Position numbers and translations under genes: made by a program. A stretch of DNA of 5,519 nt from contig JAQVRT010000045.1 in assembly GCA_028700905.1 (NCBI GenBank), positions 1 through 5,519 on the forward strand, read 5' to 3'. Positions 3,374 to 5,519 of this stretch are shown piece after piece. Source of the DNA: Candidatus Iainarchaeum sp. (lineage in GTDB: Archaea; Iainarchaeota; Iainarchaeia; Iainarchaeales; CSSED10-239). The notes beneath the pieces were generated by a model. The model was not told the origin of the DNA. It made no database searches and was given only the letters and a program-made list of their open reading frames with translations. Positions within the stretch are counted from its first letter, which is position 1, and each line of letters opens with the position of its first letter.

Positions 3374-5519
3374 TTATTTAAGGAATTCGAGCATCCTTCT
3401 GGCAAATTCGTTAGACCCGTCCAGGGACAGCGCCTGACTGAAAGACCTGGCTGCCTTAACTCGGTCGCCCCTCTTAAGATAATAAGCGCCCAGACCGTTA
3501 TGTAATATTGAGCTGTCGGGGGCTATCAGCATTGCCTCCTGGAACTTATCAAAAGCATCCCTGTCCCTGCCCGTCTGCAAAAAAACCATGCCTATCCCTA
3601 CCATCGCCTTTACGTCCGAAGGATCGATGGAAAGCGCAGCCTCATACTTATTCAAAGCTCTCTCATTTAGCCCGGACTCCCTGTACAGATCGCCCAAAAG
3701 CACCAGCAAGGCTTCGTTGGCGGGCTCTATCTCAAGAGGTTTTTCCAGGACCTCGAATGCTTTTTCCTGCTGTCCCGTCTGTCTGTAGTACCGATATATC
3801 GATACGGCAATATCGGTGTTTACGGGCTTTGCTTCGAACGCTTTTTCGTAAAATGCTATTGCTCCTTTCAAGTCCCCCCTCTTTTCGGCAAGATAGCTCA
3901 GGTTCTGATACGCTTCCGCATAGTATGGATCGATTATCACGGCTCTTTCGCTTAGTTCTTTTGCCGTCTTGACATAGTCGCCCTGCCCCATATCATTTAG
4001 TATTATATGCGCTCTTCCTGACATATAGAAATTATCGGCATTGTAAGGGTCCACCTTCTGGCCTCTGGAAAAAATATCTACGGCTTTCCGCAAAAGTCCG
4101 GCATCCGGCGCCCGGCCTGCACGGCTGTTAAGTATGGTCATGCCGTAATGTGTATAGTACCCTCCGTCAAACGTCATGTATTTGAGCGAGCGCTCAAAAT
4201 CTTCAAAAGACCTGTCAAATTGCCCTCCTGCGGCATAGTTTTGTGCGGTTTTGAAATGCTTGTCGCCTATATACGGAAATGAAGAGACGAACAGCAGCCC
4301 GGCGATGACGGCCCAGACGGCTATGATCATCTCCACCTTTGCAGCAGCCGGTTTTGCACCGGACATCTCATGTTCTTTGGGGACCATGGCCATAATGATC
4401 CAGAACAAAGATGTGATCGCCACCACACCGAAGCTGAATTGGTTCTGGATAAGATAAGAGGTCAGCGCGCCGAGCAGCCCCGCAGTAAGCACGTTGCGCG
4501 ACGGGTCATCTTTCAGATTTTTGAGCCCCAGCCTGAAGACAGAAAAAAGCAGCCAGATATAGACCGCCAGGCCGATCAAGCCCCTGGTCACGGCCATGTC
4601 CAGCGTTTCGTTATGGGCTCTGTCCTGCTTAACATGAAATGCCTCTTTGAACCTGAATTTAGGGGTCTCATACTGCGGGAATCTCATTTTTACGACCTCC
4701 GGCCCGATGCCGAAAAGCGCGTTGTCGGCTATTACATGGAACGAGCTTGTCCAGGTCTCTATCCTGCTGCCGGCGGCCGCCTGCGCTTCCACCTTGGCGC
4801 CGCCCTCCTTTGAGGATATCTGCACCTCTCCCACAAAGCGGGCTATCTGGTTGGCGCCGATGGTCGCAAAAGACAAAACAGCAATGATCAGCCCGAAGGC
4901 TCCTGAAATAATTATCTTGACCCTGTGTTCATAAAGCGTCTGCCGGCCGCACAGGGCCGCAAAGACAACAAGCCCGCAGGCAAGCCCCACCAAACCTCCT
5001 CTGCTCTGCGTGGACAAAAGCCCGCCCAAGTTGATCACGAGCGCTGAGACTATGGTCAGATTGGCCAGCCTGAAATCCAGATACTCAAAATGGAATGCAA
5101 AATATACCGCTATCGTTACCAGGATCAGGAATGCTACCAGCCAGTTCATAAAGTAAGCGTTGCCGTCAACATGATACAGAGCAAATACGAATACCGCGGG
5201 GATGCTGAAAAAAGCCGCAAATATTTTGGACTGGAACAATATCTCATCCCATTGGAAATAAAACCTGGGATGTTCTTTGCGGGAAGCCGTCTTTTTGGAG
5301 AGTTTGCTCTGTTTTTTTGAAGCCGCTGAATTTGCCCCCGCAGGCTCCTTCTTGACAACATACACCGGGTAGTTCCTGTTGAGGGTGAATAGGAGATATA
5401 TTCCCATCAAGAAAGCCATGGCAAGATAGGCAGCCAAAAAATTAGGCTGCCCTATCGTAGCTATCACCCTTTCGTTAGTGACGACCCCGCCCCACATATA
5501 AGGATCGGCCCCGGCTCTT
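3374..5519 (-). CDS. O-antigen ligase-like (Wzy_C/O-antigen polymerase family) polytopic membrane protein fused to a C-terminal TPR-repeat domain, 5' partial
   Basis: The frame stays open upstream of the track Met (5497) to the window edge (RAGADPY-MWGG...), and no SD precedes 5497, so the N-terminus is off the window. There are multiple TM helices. Wzy_C hallmarks are present: GQPNFLAAYL, LSTQSRGGLVGLACGL, GSRIETW...ADNALFGIGPE, and DRAHNETLDMAVTRGLIGL. From about residue 415 (nt about 3377-4255) there are tandem TPR-like repeats (AEAYQNLSYLAEKRGDLKGAIAFYEKAFEAKP, ALLVLLGDLYRESGLNERALNKYEAALSIDP, HNGLGAYYLKRGDRVKAARSFSQALSLD). Stop TAA is at 3374-3376. Confidence 0.9.
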   Translation of the reverse strand, partial: RAGADPYMWGGVVTNERVIATIGQPNFLAAYLAMAFLMGIYLLFTLNRNYPVYVVKKEPAGANSAASKKQSKLSKKTASRKEHPRFYFQWDEILFQSKIFAAFFSIPAVFVFALYHVDGNAYFMNWLVAFLILVTIAVYFAFHFEYLDFRLANLTIVSALVINLGGLLSTQSRGGLVGLACGLVVFAALCGRQTLYEHRVKIIISGAFGLIIAVLSFATIGANQIARFVGEVQISSKEGGAKVEAQAAAGSRIETWTSSFHVIADNALFGIGPEVVKMRFPQYETPKFRFKEAFHVKQDRAHNETLDMAVTRGLIGLAVYIWLLFSVFRLGLKNLKDDPSRNVLTAGLLGALTSYLIQNQFSFGVVAITSLFWIIMAMVPKEHEMSGAKPAAAKVEMIIAVWAVIAGLLFVSSFPYIGDKHFKTAQNYAAGGQFDRSFEDFERSLKYMTFDGGYYTHYGMTILNSRAGRAPDAGLLRKAVDIFSRGQKVDPYNADNFYMSGRAHIILNDMGQGDYVKTAKELSERAVIIDPYYAEAYQNLSYLAEKRGDLKGAIAFYEKAFEAKPVNTDIAVSIYRYYRQTGQQEKAFEVLEKPLEIEPANEALLVLLGDLYRESGLNERALNKYEAALSIDPSDVKAMVGIGMVFLQTGRDRDAFDKFQEAMLIAPDSSILHNGLGAYYLKRGDRVKAARSFSQALSLDGSNEFARRMLEFLK

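Noticed and set aside
3370-3405. Track start of the ftsB-like ORF at 3405
   Set aside because: The codon at 3403-3405 is TTG, not ATG, and using it would overlap the upstream gene by 32 nt. The ATG at 3369 gives the typical short basic N-terminus plus TM segment of FtsB/DivIC. The longer form cannot be strictly excluded.
3243-3437. 64-aa plus-strand ORF spanning the ftsB/Wzy_C-TPR junction
   Set aside because: It is antisense to two well-supported genes and has no SD and no motif, so I treat it as a shadow ORF.
3508-4934. Plus-strand ORFs of 66-154 aa antisense to the TPR/Wzy_C gene (3508-3972, 4370-4813, 4647-4934 and others)
   Set aside because: Their Pro/Ser/Arg/Leu-rich compositions are typical of reverse frames of a moderately GC-rich gene. 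The minus-strand frame carries clear Wzy_C and TPR signatures.

Overview
This is a bacterial chromosomal window, probably from a diderm, with sigma-54-type regulation and about 49% GC. It holds two convergent gene blocks that meet at a tRNA. I see no CRISPR array, mobile element or recognisable defence gene.

Plus strand:
- The 3' two-thirds of an intact NtrC-type sigma-54 enhancer-binding response regulator (2-1174, N-terminus off the window).
- A 124-bp intergenic region with a cluster of TGCAC/GTGCA half-sites (1178-1212) and a good -24/-12 sigma-54 promoter (TGGCGG-N5-TTGCT, 1249-1264).
- A strongly SD-led orphan 112-aa ORF (1299-1637).
- A second NtrC-like response regulator (1634-2998), joined to the small ORF by an ATGA overlap. 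Its receiver and Fis-type HTH domains look intact, but every ATPase and sigma-54-contact motif of its AAA+ core is substituted.

Minus strand:
- A 5'-partial O-antigen-ligase-like (Wzy_C) polytopic membrane protein with a long C-terminal TPR domain (3374-5519).
- An FtsB/DivIC-type septum-formation initiator (3085-3369).
- tRNA-Leu(UAA) (3002-3085). Its first base is the last base of the ftsB-like stop codon, and its 3' end lies 3 nt from the stop codon of the convergent regulator gene.

The most interesting item is the sigma-54-driven cassette of small orphan protein plus a predicted catalytically inactive EBP paralogue, sitting directly behind an active EBP. Its function is hypothesis only. 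All calls rest on reading motifs by eye; no database search was possible.
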